DNA of 64,000 bases, taken from assembly GCA_965208835.1 (NCBI GenBank), contig OZ242358.1:2816001-2880000 (forward strand). The letters are read 5' to 3'. The position numbers and the translations under genes were made by a program. The notes below the pieces were generated by a model. The model was not told the origin of the DNA. It did not search any database and was given only the letters and a program-made list of their open reading frames with translations. This document shows positions 37,164 to 47,235 of the stretch, piece after piece (position 1 is the first letter of the stretch; each line of letters opens with the position of its first letter). The DNA comes from Candidatus Latescibacterota bacterium (GTDB lineage Bacteria; Latescibacterota; UBA2968; GCA-2709665).

Positions 37164-38696
37164 ATGTCCCCACCTCCTCTATTGGCTGGAATCGACATAG
37201 GCACCACGAATATCAAGGCGCTTGTCTTCGATACCGCCGGCCGCGTTCAGGCCTCGGCAAGCGTGCCGACGCCAACCCATTACCCCCGACCCGGCTGGGC
37301 CTATCACACGCCGGGTGAATTGTGGACATGCACGCTGAACGTGATACGGGATGCGGTATCGCAACTGGAGGCAGCCGACCCGATCGCCAGCATCGCCGTT
37401 TCAAGTATGGCCGAGTCGGGCGTACCCCTTGACGCCGCGGACCGCCCCACCGCCGACATCATCGCCTGGTTCGACGGGAGGACGTCAAGCCAGGCCGCGT
37501 GGCTGCGCAAGACCCTCGGCGAAGAGCGGATCTACGCCATAACGGGGCTGTCGCTGGAGCCAATCTTCGGTCTCTGCAAGATCCTCTGGCTGAAAGAAAA
37601 CAGCCCGCAGGCTTACGCGAGAACGGTCTCGTGGCTGAACGTCGCAGACTATATCGCGTTCCGCCTGTGCGGGCATAAGGCAACGGACTATTCCCTCGCT
37701 TCGCGGACCCTCGTCTACGACCTTCACCGGCGGGATTGGCATTCAGGCATGCTGGATGAAGCGGGGGTATCACGCGGTCTCTTTCCGCAGGCAGTACCCT
37801 CCGGCACGTTGCTTGGCCGTCTCCTGCCCGACGTTGCGCGTGCGACCGGCCTTCCATCCCGCGTTCAGGTGGCAACCGGCGGGCACGACCATATTTGCGG
37901 GGCGCTTGCCGTTGGCGCCACCGAGCAGGATACGCTGCTGAATTCGCTCGGCACAGCGGAAGCGCTCTGCATAACGGGCGATCGCGCGTGGCTCAGCGAT
38001 CAGTTTGCACGGCAGGGGTATACCACCGGAGCCCACGTCGCCCGGGATCGGTACTATTTCCTCGGAAGCATCTACACCTCCGGGGCCTGCGTTGAGTGGA
38101 TCCGCAATCTTCTCGGCAGCAACGTCGACTACGGCACCCTTGTCTCCGAAGCGGAACTGGCCCCTCCGGGAAGCCTGGGCGTCCACTTCCAGCCTCACCT
38201 GCGCCTCGGCAATCCTCCAAACAACGACCCCGAATCGAGGGCCGCGTTCATCGGTCTCACGTCGGACGTAAAGCGGGGGGCCATGTTTCGCGCCGTACTC
38301 GAGGGGTTGGCCTACGAAAGCCGGCTCTGCCTCGAAGCCATCGTGTCGCACCCCGAAATCGACAGGCCGAACCGAATCGTGGCGATTGGCGGCAACACAC
38401 GAAACCGGCTTCTCATGCAAATCAAGAGTTCGGTGTTCAATCAGAGGATCTCGATTGCAGACGTGGAGGAATCCGTCGCCCTGGGCACCGCGGTACTGGG
38501 CGGCCTCGGCGCGGGCGTTTACGCGGACATCGACTCCGCTTTGCACGAACTGACGTACGACAGCTGGACGGTAGAGCCGGACGCAGAACAGGTCGCGACC
38601 TACGAGACCGGATTTCAGACCGTGTACCGCGGAATATTCCCGGCGCTTCAATCCCTGCACCATAGCTTGAGAGATGCCCGGAAATCGGAAGGGTAG
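37164..38696 (+). CDS. FGGY-family carbohydrate kinase
   Basis: GIDIGTTNIK, IAWFDGR, KILWLKE, GGHDH, SLGTAE, RAVLEG; start at ATG 37164. Confidence 0.92.
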   Translation: MSPPPLLAGIDIGTTNIKALVFDTAGRVQASASVPTPTHYPRPGWAYHTPGELWTCTLNVIRDAVSQLEAADPIASIAVSSMAESGVPLDAADRPTADIIAWFDGRTSSQAAWLRKTLGEERIYAITGLSLEPIFGLCKILWLKENSPQAYARTVSWLNVADYIAFRLCGHKATDYSLASRTLVYDLHRRDWHSGMLDEAGVSRGLFPQAVPSGTLLGRLLPDVARATGLPSRVQVATGGHDHICGALAVGATEQDTLLNSLGTAEALCITGDRAWLSDQFARQGYTTGAHVARDRYYFLGSIYTSGACVEWIRNLLGSNVDYGTLVSEAELAPPGSLGVHFQPHLRLGNPPNNDPESRAAFIGLTSDVKRGAMFRAVLEGLAYESRLCLEAIVSHPEIDRPNRIVAIGGNTRNRLLMQIKSSVFNQRISIADVEESVALGTAVLGGLGAGVYADIDSALHELTYDSWTVEPDAEQVATYETGFQTVYRGIFPALQSLHHSLRDARKSEG

Positions 38697-38786
38697 TCTG
38701 TACCCGAGTCAAACTGCACAATCCGATTCGCAGGACCGACCGCCTGGCGCGGATCGCCAAATAAACTGGATTTAAAGGGAGTATCC

Positions 38787-39773
38787 ATGGACACCATCAA
38801 CTGCGCCATCGTGGGATACGGCGGCATTGCGCTCTTCCACACGAGGGCGTTCCTGCGAATTCCCGGGGTCCGTCTTCGTACCGTCGTCGGACGAAGAGCC
38901 GGACCCGCCGAATCATTCAGGGAAGCGTGGGGCTATGAGAACGCTACCACGCGCTACGAAGACGTCCTGACCGACCCCGATATCGACGCGGTCGTTGTCG
39001 CATCGCCCAGCGAGGCGCATTACGAACAAACCCGGCTGGCGCTGGAGGCCGGCAAAAACGTACTGGTTGAAATCCCCCTTGCGCTAACCCACAAGGGCGC
39101 CGCCGAGATCGCCGGCCTCGCGGGCAAGTCCGGGAACAAACTGCTGGTTGCCCATACCCGCCGTTTCAACCGCACGGGTCGGTTTGTAAGGGATTTTGTC
39201 GCAAACGGCGAGGCAGGCCACGTACACCAGCACCATACGCACGAATTCCAGTTGCGCCGCGACAACGTCGGTTGGACGGGCTACAGGCGGAGCTGGACAG
39301 ACGATGTTCTGTTCCACCACGGTTGCCATGTACTCGACTACTCACTCTGGACCATCGACAGACCCGTTCGCCGGATTCGCGGCGAACTCAGCCCGCTCGA
39401 CGCCGGAACCGGTACGTCACTCGACGTCAGTATGCTGCTCCGATATGCCACGGAGACCATTGCAGCACTCAGTCTTTCCTACAACGCCCGATCAGGGGTC
39501 AACAGCAATATCTACCTGTGCGACGCGGGCACCCTCATCGTCTCCGGCAACCAGGTCACGCTAAACGGCGAAACCCTCTTCCGGAGCGACGACACCCTGG
39601 ACGACGACGTCCTTGTGCAGAACACCGAATTCATCGAGTCGATTCGAAAAGACAGGCAAACGGAATGCAGCGCCGAACACGCCCTGGAAGCGCTGGGTTT
39701 GCTGCAGCAGATTTACGATCAGGCCATCACGCTGGAAGGAGAAAGCAAGTACAAAAGAATGTGGGAAACATAG
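38787..39773 (+). CDS. Gfo/Idh/MocA family oxidoreductase
   Basis: IVGYGGIA, SPSEAH, VLVEIP, AHTRRF, HHGCH. Confidence 0.88.
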   Translation: MDTINCAIVGYGGIALFHTRAFLRIPGVRLRTVVGRRAGPAESFREAWGYENATTRYEDVLTDPDIDAVVVASPSEAHYEQTRLALEAGKNVLVEIPLALTHKGAAEIAGLAGKSGNKLLVAHTRRFNRTGRFVRDFVANGEAGHVHQHHTHEFQLRRDNVGWTGYRRSWTDDVLFHHGCHVLDYSLWTIDRPVRRIRGELSPLDAGTGTSLDVSMLLRYATETIAALSLSYNARSGVNSNIYLCDAGTLIVSGNQVTLNGETLFRSDDTLDDDVLVQNTEFIESIRKDRQTECSAEHALEALGLLQQIYDQAITLEGESKYKRMWET

Positions 39774-39789
39774 CCGAAGGTGTTCACCC

Positions 39790-39930
39790 CGTTTCGCTTC
39801 CGCCACGTATTCCGGTCCCGGAGGCGAAAAGACGTCGATGACAGGACTGTCTTCCTGTACCCGCGAGCGGTGTGGCCCATCCGACGCAAATTGCAAGAAC
39901 GTCCCCGCCTCGAAAAGGTAACGGAGACCC
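39790..39930 (-). pseudogene. Degenerate 3' fragment of a cupin-domain gene
   Basis: With one frameshift reads GGDVLAI/ASDGPHRSRVQEDSPVIDVFSPPGPEY, resembling cupin motif 2 and a DVFSPP tail. Confidence 0.45.
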
Positions 39931-39937
39931 GGTACCG

Positions 39938-40474
39938 CTACAGGACCATTTCAACCAGCCCTCGACTCCTCTTGTCCAACGCGCCGAGATCCGCCACTTC
40001 GAACCGGTTGCCGTCCACGTCCAGAATCAATACACGCTTTTCGTCCAGCCACCGGGCGTCTTCTCCCACGTTCTTTACGACGAATTCGCGCCGGCCCCGA
40101 TCCGTGGCAACGTCCCAGTATGAGACCCCGTATTCGCTGCGAATCGAGTGGACTCGTTCAATCCGTGAGGTCAGATACCGCCGCGCGAGTTCCTCCCGGA
40201 TGATGTCCTGATACGACGCCGGCAGTTCGTGGACGTCGTCTACCATACAGATCAGCTCGTCGTTCGCGTCGAGGAAACAGATGTACCTGTCCGGCTCCGA
40301 CAACGGGGCCGCACGGACGATCTTCACCCTCAGATACGAACGATCGCCTTCGATGGTCATCCGCAGATGCCAGGCTGGTTCACGGAAGAGCCTGATTCTC
40401 GTGGTATCCACATTCTGCGGATGGGGCACGTCGATCGGCGTGGGTTTCCATCCGTCTTTATAACTCGGATCCAT
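39938..40474 (-). CDS. DUF1854-domain protein
   Basis: VRAAPLSEPDRYI, YWDVATDRG, ILDVDGNRF, LDKRSR. Confidence 0.85.
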   Translation of the reverse strand: MDPSYKDGWKPTPIDVPHPQNVDTTRIRLFREPAWHLRMTIEGDRSYLRVKIVRAAPLSEPDRYICFLDANDELICMVDDVHELPASYQDIIREELARRYLTSRIERVHSIRSEYGVSYWDVATDRGRREFVVKNVGEDARWLDEKRVLILDVDGNRFEVADLGALDKRSRGLVEMVL

Positions 40475-40498
40475 GTTTTCGTGCGATCCTCAAGCCTT

Positions 40499-42724
40499 TC
40501 AGGTTTCGACCTTGCCGCCGCCGACAGCCATTACCGCCGACGTTTCCTGCTGGCTCTTTACGAGGCGATGGAAAATGCCTTCGCGCGACATCAGCTCGCG
40601 GTGAGTACCGACTTCGGCCACCCTACCGTCGTCCAACACGACTAACCTGTCGGCGCTGCGCAGCGTGGAAAGCCTGTGCGCGATCGCAAAGGTCGTGCGA
40701 CCCTTTACAAGACGTGAGATCGCCTTCTGGATCTTCCACTCGGTCCGCGTATCCAGCGAAGACGTCGCCTCATCCAGAATCAGAATTCGCGGATCGTGCA
40801 GAATCGCGCGCGCGATAGATATACGCTGCTTTTCGCCGCCCGACAGTCTCCCGCCCTTCTCTCCCACCTTCATATCGTATCCATCCGGCTTTTGTACGAT
40901 GAATTCGTGCGCTTCCGCCGCCGTGGCCGCCCGAATGACTTCACTGAACGTCGCAGCCGGCTTGCCGTAAGCGATATTCTCGGCAATGGTTCCGTCAAAG
41001 AGGAATGGCTCCTGCTGAACCATGCCGATCCGTGATCTAAGGTCTTCCAGGCAAACCTCCCGCATTTCCAGGCCGTCGACTTCAATACGACCGCCGTCCG
41101 GATCGTAGAAGCGGCAAATCAGATTGATCAGCGTGGATTTGCCGGCGCCGGATTTGCCCACGAGGCCAATCATCTCGCCCGGCTTCACCTCGAGGTTGAT
41201 GCCCTTCAGGACCGGCTTCCCACGATCGTACCCGAAGAACACATTCCTGAATTCAACCCGCCCGTCCATCCGCGGCAGGCGAACCGCATCATCCTTGTTG
41301 CCGGTTTCCTGCCTTGAATCCAGGACCTCAAATATACGTTCGGCGCCGGCGAAGGCCCGCAACAGGATATTGTAGAGTTCGCCAAACCACCGCAGTGGCT
41401 GGTACAACATCCACAGATAGCTGATGAAGGCAACCAGGGCGCCCAGCGTCATCTCCCCGCCCAGAATCTGACGGCCACCGAAATACCAGACCAGGAACAC
41501 GCCCCAACTCATCAGAAAATTCGTCACCGTAAAGAACACGAACCAGTTTCGCTCGCCAGCAACAGTCACCGCGCGCAGGTCCTCGTTACGTTTATCGAAT
41601 CGCTCGCTTTCACGGGATTCCTGCGCAAACGCCTTCACCACCCGGATGCCCCCAATCGATTCACTCAGGTGCGACGAAAGCCGGGACCACCTCCCACCCC
41701 ACCTGATCCAGTGGCGCATCACACGCTTCCATATGCGGCTTCCGCCCAGCACGATCGGGGGTATGGGCAACAGTACTAGCAGCGCAAGTTTCCAGTTTGT
41801 CGCCAGCAACAGGCCCAGGATTCCCACAAAAAGCAGCATCTTCGATACGACCAGAGGCAGGTCAGACGCCAGAAACCCCTCCAGCCTGTCGGAGTCGTTG
41901 GACATCCTCGAGATGAGACTGCCCGTGGTTCTACGGTCGTAAAACCGCAGCGGCAAAAATTGCAGCTTCCTGTAGAGGTCGGATCGGATATCCTGCACAC
42001 CCCTGTGTCCCAGGCGTTGAGAAAGCCATTCCGTAATTACCGAAGCCACACAGAACAGGATTCGCACCACCAGCAGCCCGAACACAAGCCAGACCAGGAG
42101 GTCGAAATTGGACCGCGGGGTAAGCACGTCGTCGATGATATGCTGCGTAATCCTGGGCGGCAACAGTTCCAGCGCGGTCGAAACAAGGGTCAGAATCACC
42201 ACAGATACCAGCCGCCACGGCTGCGCCGTCAGATATCGCAGAAGGCGCCGCAACGTCTGCCACTTCCTGATGCAGGCCGCACAGATCCCGTTTTTTTCAG
42301 GCAACAGCCGACGGCACGCGTCGCAGCGCTCCCGCTCCACTTCTTCCGGCAGAGACAGAGCCTTGCCCTTGGATAACTGCCTGATGCCCTCAGCCACCTC
42401 GGCAAACCTGGGTATCAGCGACTGTGTATACGGTACAAGTATCGGCCTTGCCATTCGCCGGTCCAGGGCCATGCAGCCCCCGCCCACCACCTCTTCCGTC
42501 CGTACACCCGCCAACTCATCCATTCGCACCACCACGAGATCGTTTTCGCCTTCGTGGGGAACGACGATTAACCGCTTCTCCGTGACAACGACCCACTGCC
42601 GGCCGAATTGCCGGTTCGGCAGCAGATCCGTAGCGAGGTGCATGAGCGCCGGCTCATCGTCCAGGCCTACGCTTCCAAGCGTTTCCGATACGGATTCCGG
42701 CAGGGTCTCTTTGTACGCATTCAT
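40499..42724 (-). CDS. ABC exporter (fused TMD-NBD) with N-terminal soluble domain and zinc ribbon
   Basis: CDAC-x10-CAAC; TM region; GKSGAGKST, LSGGEKQR, ILILDEATSS, AHRLST. Confidence 0.93.
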   Translation of the reverse strand: MNAYKETLPESVSETLGSVGLDDEPALMHLATDLLPNRQFGRQWVVVTEKRLIVVPHEGENDLVVVRMDELAGVRTEEVVGGGCMALDRRMARPILVPYTQSLIPRFAEVAEGIRQLSKGKALSLPEEVERERCDACRRLLPEKNGICAACIRKWQTLRRLLRYLTAQPWRLVSVVILTLVSTALELLPPRITQHIIDDVLTPRSNFDLLVWLVFGLLVVRILFCVASVITEWLSQRLGHRGVQDIRSDLYRKLQFLPLRFYDRRTTGSLISRMSNDSDRLEGFLASDLPLVVSKMLLFVGILGLLLATNWKLALLVLLPIPPIVLGGSRIWKRVMRHWIRWGGRWSRLSSHLSESIGGIRVVKAFAQESRESERFDKRNEDLRAVTVAGERNWFVFFTVTNFLMSWGVFLVWYFGGRQILGGEMTLGALVAFISYLWMLYQPLRWFGELYNILLRAFAGAERIFEVLDSRQETGNKDDAVRLPRMDGRVEFRNVFFGYDRGKPVLKGINLEVKPGEMIGLVGKSGAGKSTLINLICRFYDPDGGRIEVDGLEMREVCLEDLRSRIGMVQQEPFLFDGTIAENIAYGKPAATFSEVIRAATAAEAHEFIVQKPDGYDMKVGEKGGRLSGGEKQRISIARAILHDPRILILDEATSSLDTRTEWKIQKAISRLVKGRTTFAIAHRLSTLRSADRLVVLDDGRVAEVGTHRELMSREGIFHRLVKSQQETSAVMAVGGGKVET

Positions 42725-42781
42725 GGGGTATTCCAGTTCAGCCAGGCCGACGGGAACGCCAGGCCCATGCCTTTCGACCTC

Positions 42782-42944
42782 GTGTTCTGTCCCGGAAATA
42801 AGTTGCCTAAATTCGACCGTCGAGTCGCCCGGCTCGCAAGGTGCCGGAGCGCAGGCGACCTGCGTAAGGTCGGCGAGCGAGGGGAACGTAGCGAGACGGG
42901 ATGAATCGTCGGTTGAATGGTGAGGAATTTCTGGGACAGGACAC
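42782..42944. mobile_element. MITE-like non-autonomous element / long imperfect inverted repeat
   Basis: Terminal IRs GTGTTCTGTCCCGGAAAT and (rc) GTGTCCTGTCCCAGAAAT, 16/18 identical; inner arms also complementary; CTAG at the right junction; no transposase. Confidence 0.65.
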
Positions 42945-42948
42945 TAGA

Positions 42949-45177
42949 CTACACCCTAACGGCGATTATCTCGGAAACTTCCTGCTGCAAGCGCGCCAGA
43001 TCGTGGAAGACACCCTCTTTCGAGAACAACTCACCGTGGGTGCCGGCCTCTACAATCCGTCCGCCATCCAGAACAACCAGACGGTCCGCGTTACGTAGCG
43101 TGGACAACCTGTGTGCAATCGCGAACGTCGTACGACCGCGTACGAGACGCGTCACCGCCTCCTGAATCTGGACCTCCGTCTGGACGTCGACGCTGGATGT
43201 CGCCTCGTCCAGAATCAAAATCCTCGGATCGTGAAGGATTGCACGGGCAAGGGACACGCGCTGTTTTTCGCCTCCCGACAGTTTTCCGCCCCTCTCTCCC
43301 ACGTCCGCATCGTATCCATCGGGCATGGACACGATAAAGCCGTGCGCATTGGCGGCCTTCGCCGCGTCCATGATTTCATCAAGACTCGCTCCAGGTTTGC
43401 CGTAACCGATATTTTCCGCAATGGTACCACTGAACAAGACGGGTTCCTGAAGGACGATGCCGATCTGAGCCCGCAAATCCTCCAGCCGGATTTTCCGGAT
43501 GTCGATACCGTCGATCTCGATACCTCCCGCATCCACGTCGTAGAACCTGCAGACCAGGTTTACGAGTGTGGTTTTGCCTACACCTGATCTACCCACGAGT
43601 CCGATCATCTCGCCTGGCTCAACATCCAGGTCGATGTCCCGCAACACGGGTTTCGATTTGTCGTACCCGAAGGTCACGCCTCTGAACTTTACACGGCCTT
43701 CAATTGCAGGCAGTGAGGTCGCCCCCGGATCGTCGTACGCTTCGGGGGGCGTATCGATGACCTCGAAGACGCGCTCGGCTCCGGTAAGTGCGCGTGACAT
43801 CCAGTTGCTCACCATGCCGAACCATTGCAGGGGGCCGTAAAGGAGCCACATGTAATTGTAGAACGCCATCAGCGTGCCCAGCGTCAACTCCCCGTCCAGC
43901 ACCCTCTGCCCCCCCAGAAGCCAGACGATCAACACACCCAGACCCGTCAGGAAGTTCGTTATATTCCAGAAAACCGCCCAGCTGGTTTCCGCCTGAACGG
44001 CCCTCGAGGTGAGTTCACGGTTACGCCGCTCGAATACGCTGATCTCGCGTCTTTCCTGCGTAAACGCCTTCACGACCCGAATGCCCGAGAGGGCCTCGTT
44101 CACGCGAGTGGTCAATTGAGACCAGCATCTGTACCACTTGACATAAAACCGGCGCATCCGCTTCCAGCAGACGGCTGTTCCGGCCACGACAAGCGGAACG
44201 GGGATCAGCACATAGAGGGTCAGACGCCAGTTCATCATCAGCAACGCCGCCAAGATGCCGAGAAACATCAGGCTGTTGATGATGAGATATGGCAATCCGT
44301 CGACCAGAAAATGCTGTAATCGTTCCGTGTCCCTCGTCACGCGTGACATGAGCGCGCCTACCTGACGCTTGTCGTAGAACTGAAGCGACAGCAGTTCCAG
44401 ACGCCTGTATAGCTGGCTTCGGATATCCGCCGTCACTCTCGCGCTCAGCCAGGTCGCCGTCCACCCATGCAGCCATTCCGCAGACCACGTAATCAACCGG
44501 ACGCCAGCCAGCGCAAGCACCAGTTGAACCAGAAGTTCGACCCTTTCGCCAACGGCTGATGTTTCGCGGGGCGCCAGAACGTCATCTACGATCAGTCGGG
44601 TTATCTGAGGCGGAATCAGCTCGGCGGCGGTTGTGAGGATGGTCGCGATCGCGAGGAGGCCCGCCCGTACCCTGTAGGGCCTCAGGTACCTCGCGATTCG
44701 TGCCAGCACATCCATCTTTTTCAGACATACCGGACAGATCCCGTTCTTCTCGGGCAAGAGCCGGTCGCAGGACTCGCATCGCGTCCGCTCCGGGACCCTA
44801 TCCCCCCATAACGCCTGTGAAGTCCGAAGCCGTTCGATCCCGCGGGCCAACTCTGAAAAATCACCGGCCAGCGTTTGGGAATGAAGCACGAGCACGGTCG
44901 GCTGCGATTTGCGTCTGATTTCCAGCTGCGCACCGCCGACGAGGGGTTCTGTACTGACCGACGAGACATCCGCGAGTGGGATATGCGTCCCGTCCTGCGT
45001 TCCTGTCTCAGGCAGTACGAGGATCCGTTCCCGGGTTACCACCACCCACTGGCAGCCGTAATCCCCCCGGGCGTCCAGGTCCGAGCGCACCTGGAGCAGC
45101 GGTGTCTCGCCGTCCTCCAGGATGGCATTTACACGAGACGCGACACCGTCGTTGTGTATCTCCTGCAATGGTGTCAT
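42949..45177 (-). CDS. ABC exporter (fused TMD-NBD), paralog of 40499-42724
   Basis: CESC-x10-CPVC; GRSGVGKTT, LSGGEKQR, ILILDEATSS, AHRLST. Confidence 0.93.
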   Translation of the reverse strand: MTPLQEIHNDGVASRVNAILEDGETPLLQVRSDLDARGDYGCQWVVVTRERILVLPETGTQDGTHIPLADVSSVSTEPLVGGAQLEIRRKSQPTVLVLHSQTLAGDFSELARGIERLRTSQALWGDRVPERTRCESCDRLLPEKNGICPVCLKKMDVLARIARYLRPYRVRAGLLAIATILTTAAELIPPQITRLIVDDVLAPRETSAVGERVELLVQLVLALAGVRLITWSAEWLHGWTATWLSARVTADIRSQLYRRLELLSLQFYDKRQVGALMSRVTRDTERLQHFLVDGLPYLIINSLMFLGILAALLMMNWRLTLYVLIPVPLVVAGTAVCWKRMRRFYVKWYRCWSQLTTRVNEALSGIRVVKAFTQERREISVFERRNRELTSRAVQAETSWAVFWNITNFLTGLGVLIVWLLGGQRVLDGELTLGTLMAFYNYMWLLYGPLQWFGMVSNWMSRALTGAERVFEVIDTPPEAYDDPGATSLPAIEGRVKFRGVTFGYDKSKPVLRDIDLDVEPGEMIGLVGRSGVGKTTLVNLVCRFYDVDAGGIEIDGIDIRKIRLEDLRAQIGIVLQEPVLFSGTIAENIGYGKPGASLDEIMDAAKAANAHGFIVSMPDGYDADVGERGGKLSGGEKQRVSLARAILHDPRILILDEATSSVDVQTEVQIQEAVTRLVRGRTTFAIAHRLSTLRNADRLVVLDGGRIVEAGTHGELFSKEGVFHDLARLQQEVSEIIAVRV

Positions 45178-45398
45178 TAAGTGACTTTCTCAGATTCCCG
45201 CTCTCAAGACGACTTCGAACCGCGATGGCGCATTCCGTCCGATTCGATCAGTACACCAGACATCGGGATTCAAACAAACGTCACCAACCTGTGATCGTCG
45301 CTCTTCCTGCGAATGACGACGCCACGACGTCCGCACGTTGCTAGAGGCTAACGGCGTTTTCGCATCCGCCAAAGTGAGCACTACCCATTTCCCGCGCC

Positions 45399-46046
45399 TC
45401 ACTTCACAAGTTCAATTGTGCCCCACAGGCTCGGGTCGTACGAAACAGGAAGCGGCTCGTCGGCGCTCCAGAACTGCCGTCCCTGCCTCCGATCCTGGAG
45501 CAGATAGGTGAATCCCAACAGGCGGTTTTCTTCCGGATCGAAACCGGTCAGCGTCTTCGCCGGCAGGTGGATCTCCAGTCGATATCCGGTTCCGGATGTA
45601 TCGCTGGCGACCTGCAACTCCGAGGATTCGCACTGTCTTGAATGCGCACGAGCCCGGCGTATACGTTTCTGTCCACCCCTTGACTTCAACCGTCCAGTGC
45701 CGGGCAGGAAATAGAAATGGTGGCAATACCGGCTCGCACGGTGCACGTTCCGGACATTCCGCGTATCCACCCAGACCTGCAAGCCATCGCCCTGCAGCGG
45801 ACGTCGGCGGTCCACGTTCGCGCCAGCCGCCTTCCTGACGTGTACCGCGAAGTAGAGACCCCGCTCGTTCCAGGCAGCGTAGACGTCGGAAAATGCCTCC
45901 CGTCCGTCCAAAGCCATGAGATCCGGCATTTTGTACGTACCGTTCCAATCCTTCAGGTCTCCGTCAATCGTCGGCGGCACTTTGCGATACGGGCACTGCC
46001 ACGCGAATCTGAAAAAGACGCGCTTTGATATCTCCAGATTCATCAA
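45399..46046 (-). CDS. CBM9/DOMON-like sugar-binding domain protein
   Basis: PTIDGDLKDW, AWNERGLYFAV, GDGLQVWVD, GYRLEIHLP, PSLWGTIEL. Confidence 0.7.
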   Translation of the reverse strand: MMNLEISKRVFFRFAWQCPYRKVPPTIDGDLKDWNGTYKMPDLMALDGREAFSDVYAAWNERGLYFAVHVRKAAGANVDRRRPLQGDGLQVWVDTRNVRNVHRASRYCHHFYFLPGTGRLKSRGGQKRIRRARAHSRQCESSELQVASDTSGTGYRLEIHLPAKTLTGFDPEENRLLGFTYLLQDRRQGRQFWSADEPLPVSYDPSLWGTIELVK

Positions 46047-47101
46047 TTCTTGTCTTCCGCCGGCTGAACCAGGTTGCCGGCATCATGAACGACCGCCGAG
46101 TTTTCCATTACGTTACCGTGAACCAGGATTGGCCGGTCCGTGCCCGTCTGGTCGGTGACAACAACGTCGACATTCAGAAAGTGATTTCCGGTGACCGCCA
46201 TGCCAGCGCCTGTAAGCCAGAGCGGCAAACGTTTCCCCGGGTGCGGTCCACTGATCACATTTCCTGAAACGGACGTATTCAAACCGCGCACGTCCATCGC
46301 GAGACCCAGACTGCCACCCTCATCGACCGTAACTATATTGTCCGAAATCACGTGGCGCTCGGACCCCGCCCAGGATCGAAAGGCGATGTCCAGATCTCCA
46401 CCCTCCCGCACGTGTACGTGGTTGTTCGCCATTATGACCGAGTCACCGGCGTCGGATCCCGCGGCGACATGCGTCCGACCCGTAATCTCAACGAAATTAC
46501 CCATCACAAACCCCGGACCGCCCAGCAACTCCACCGCGTCCGAATACGCATTTCCCAGGCGGTTGTCAACGACCCTCATGTTGGGCCCCTGAAGCATAAT
46601 GCCGAGTCGCTGGGCATTCAACACAGTACAATTCCGTATCGTAATATCGTGTGTCGGCTTCGGGCAGGATCTGCCGGGTTCCGCACAGAACGCCTTGATG
46701 CCGTTGAATTCGAACCGCCCGTGGGAGACATTCCCGAACTCGGCGCCGTTGTACGGATTCTGATCCCGATTCTGGTCCACCCAGAGATCTCGTATTGTGA
46801 TATTTCCCACCCCGTTCCCGATAATGCGGATTACGTTCGTATTCTGTCCGGGCGCCAGAATCAGCCGTGTCGCGGCACCCTGCCCCGCCAGCGTCACGTT
46901 GCTCCGGTCGATAATCAACCCGCCGAGCGTACCCTCCTCCTTGCGGATGTCGTAAACGCCCTCCATCAGGACGACCGTGCCGCCCGACGGCGGAAGCGCC
47001 CGAATCGCAGCGTATATTTCCTCCTGATCGCCGCGCCCGTCGCCGACGAAATCGGCGGCGTCCCTGGACTTCGGCGACGAATTCCTGGTTGCGACTACCA
47101 T
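46043..47101 (-). CDS. Right-handed parallel beta-helix protein (pectate lyase superfamily-like)
   Basis: AIRAL..SGGTVVL..G.Y, SNVTLAGQG, repeated Asn-ladder segments (ITIRN, VDN, MGN, ANN, SDN, SGN, TGN). Confidence 0.7.
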   Translation of the reverse strand: MVVATRNSSPKSRDAADFVGDGRGDQEEIYAAIRALPPSGGTVVLMEGVYDIRKEEGTLGGLIIDRSNVTLAGQGAATRLILAPGQNTNVIRIIGNGVGNITIRDLWVDQNRDQNPYNGAEFGNVSHGRFEFNGIKAFCAEPGRSCPKPTHDITIRNCTVLNAQRLGIMLQGPNMRVVDNRLGNAYSDAVELLGGPGFVMGNFVEITGRTHVAAGSDAGDSVIMANNHVHVREGGDLDIAFRSWAGSERHVISDNIVTVDEGGSLGLAMDVRGLNTSVSGNVISGPHPGKRLPLWLTGAGMAVTGNHFLNVDVVVTDQTGTDRPILVHGNVMENSAVVHDAGNLVQPAEDKN

Positions 47102-47235
47102 CGTATTCCCCCGAATGATGATCGTGAAACACCGTTAAGAGCGCTATCTTACACCGGGTACGGATGCACCCTGCCCGTGGCCTGGATCGGCAATGCGCAT
47201 CAGGCGGGAACATCGGGCGTTTCCCTCAAGCCTTG

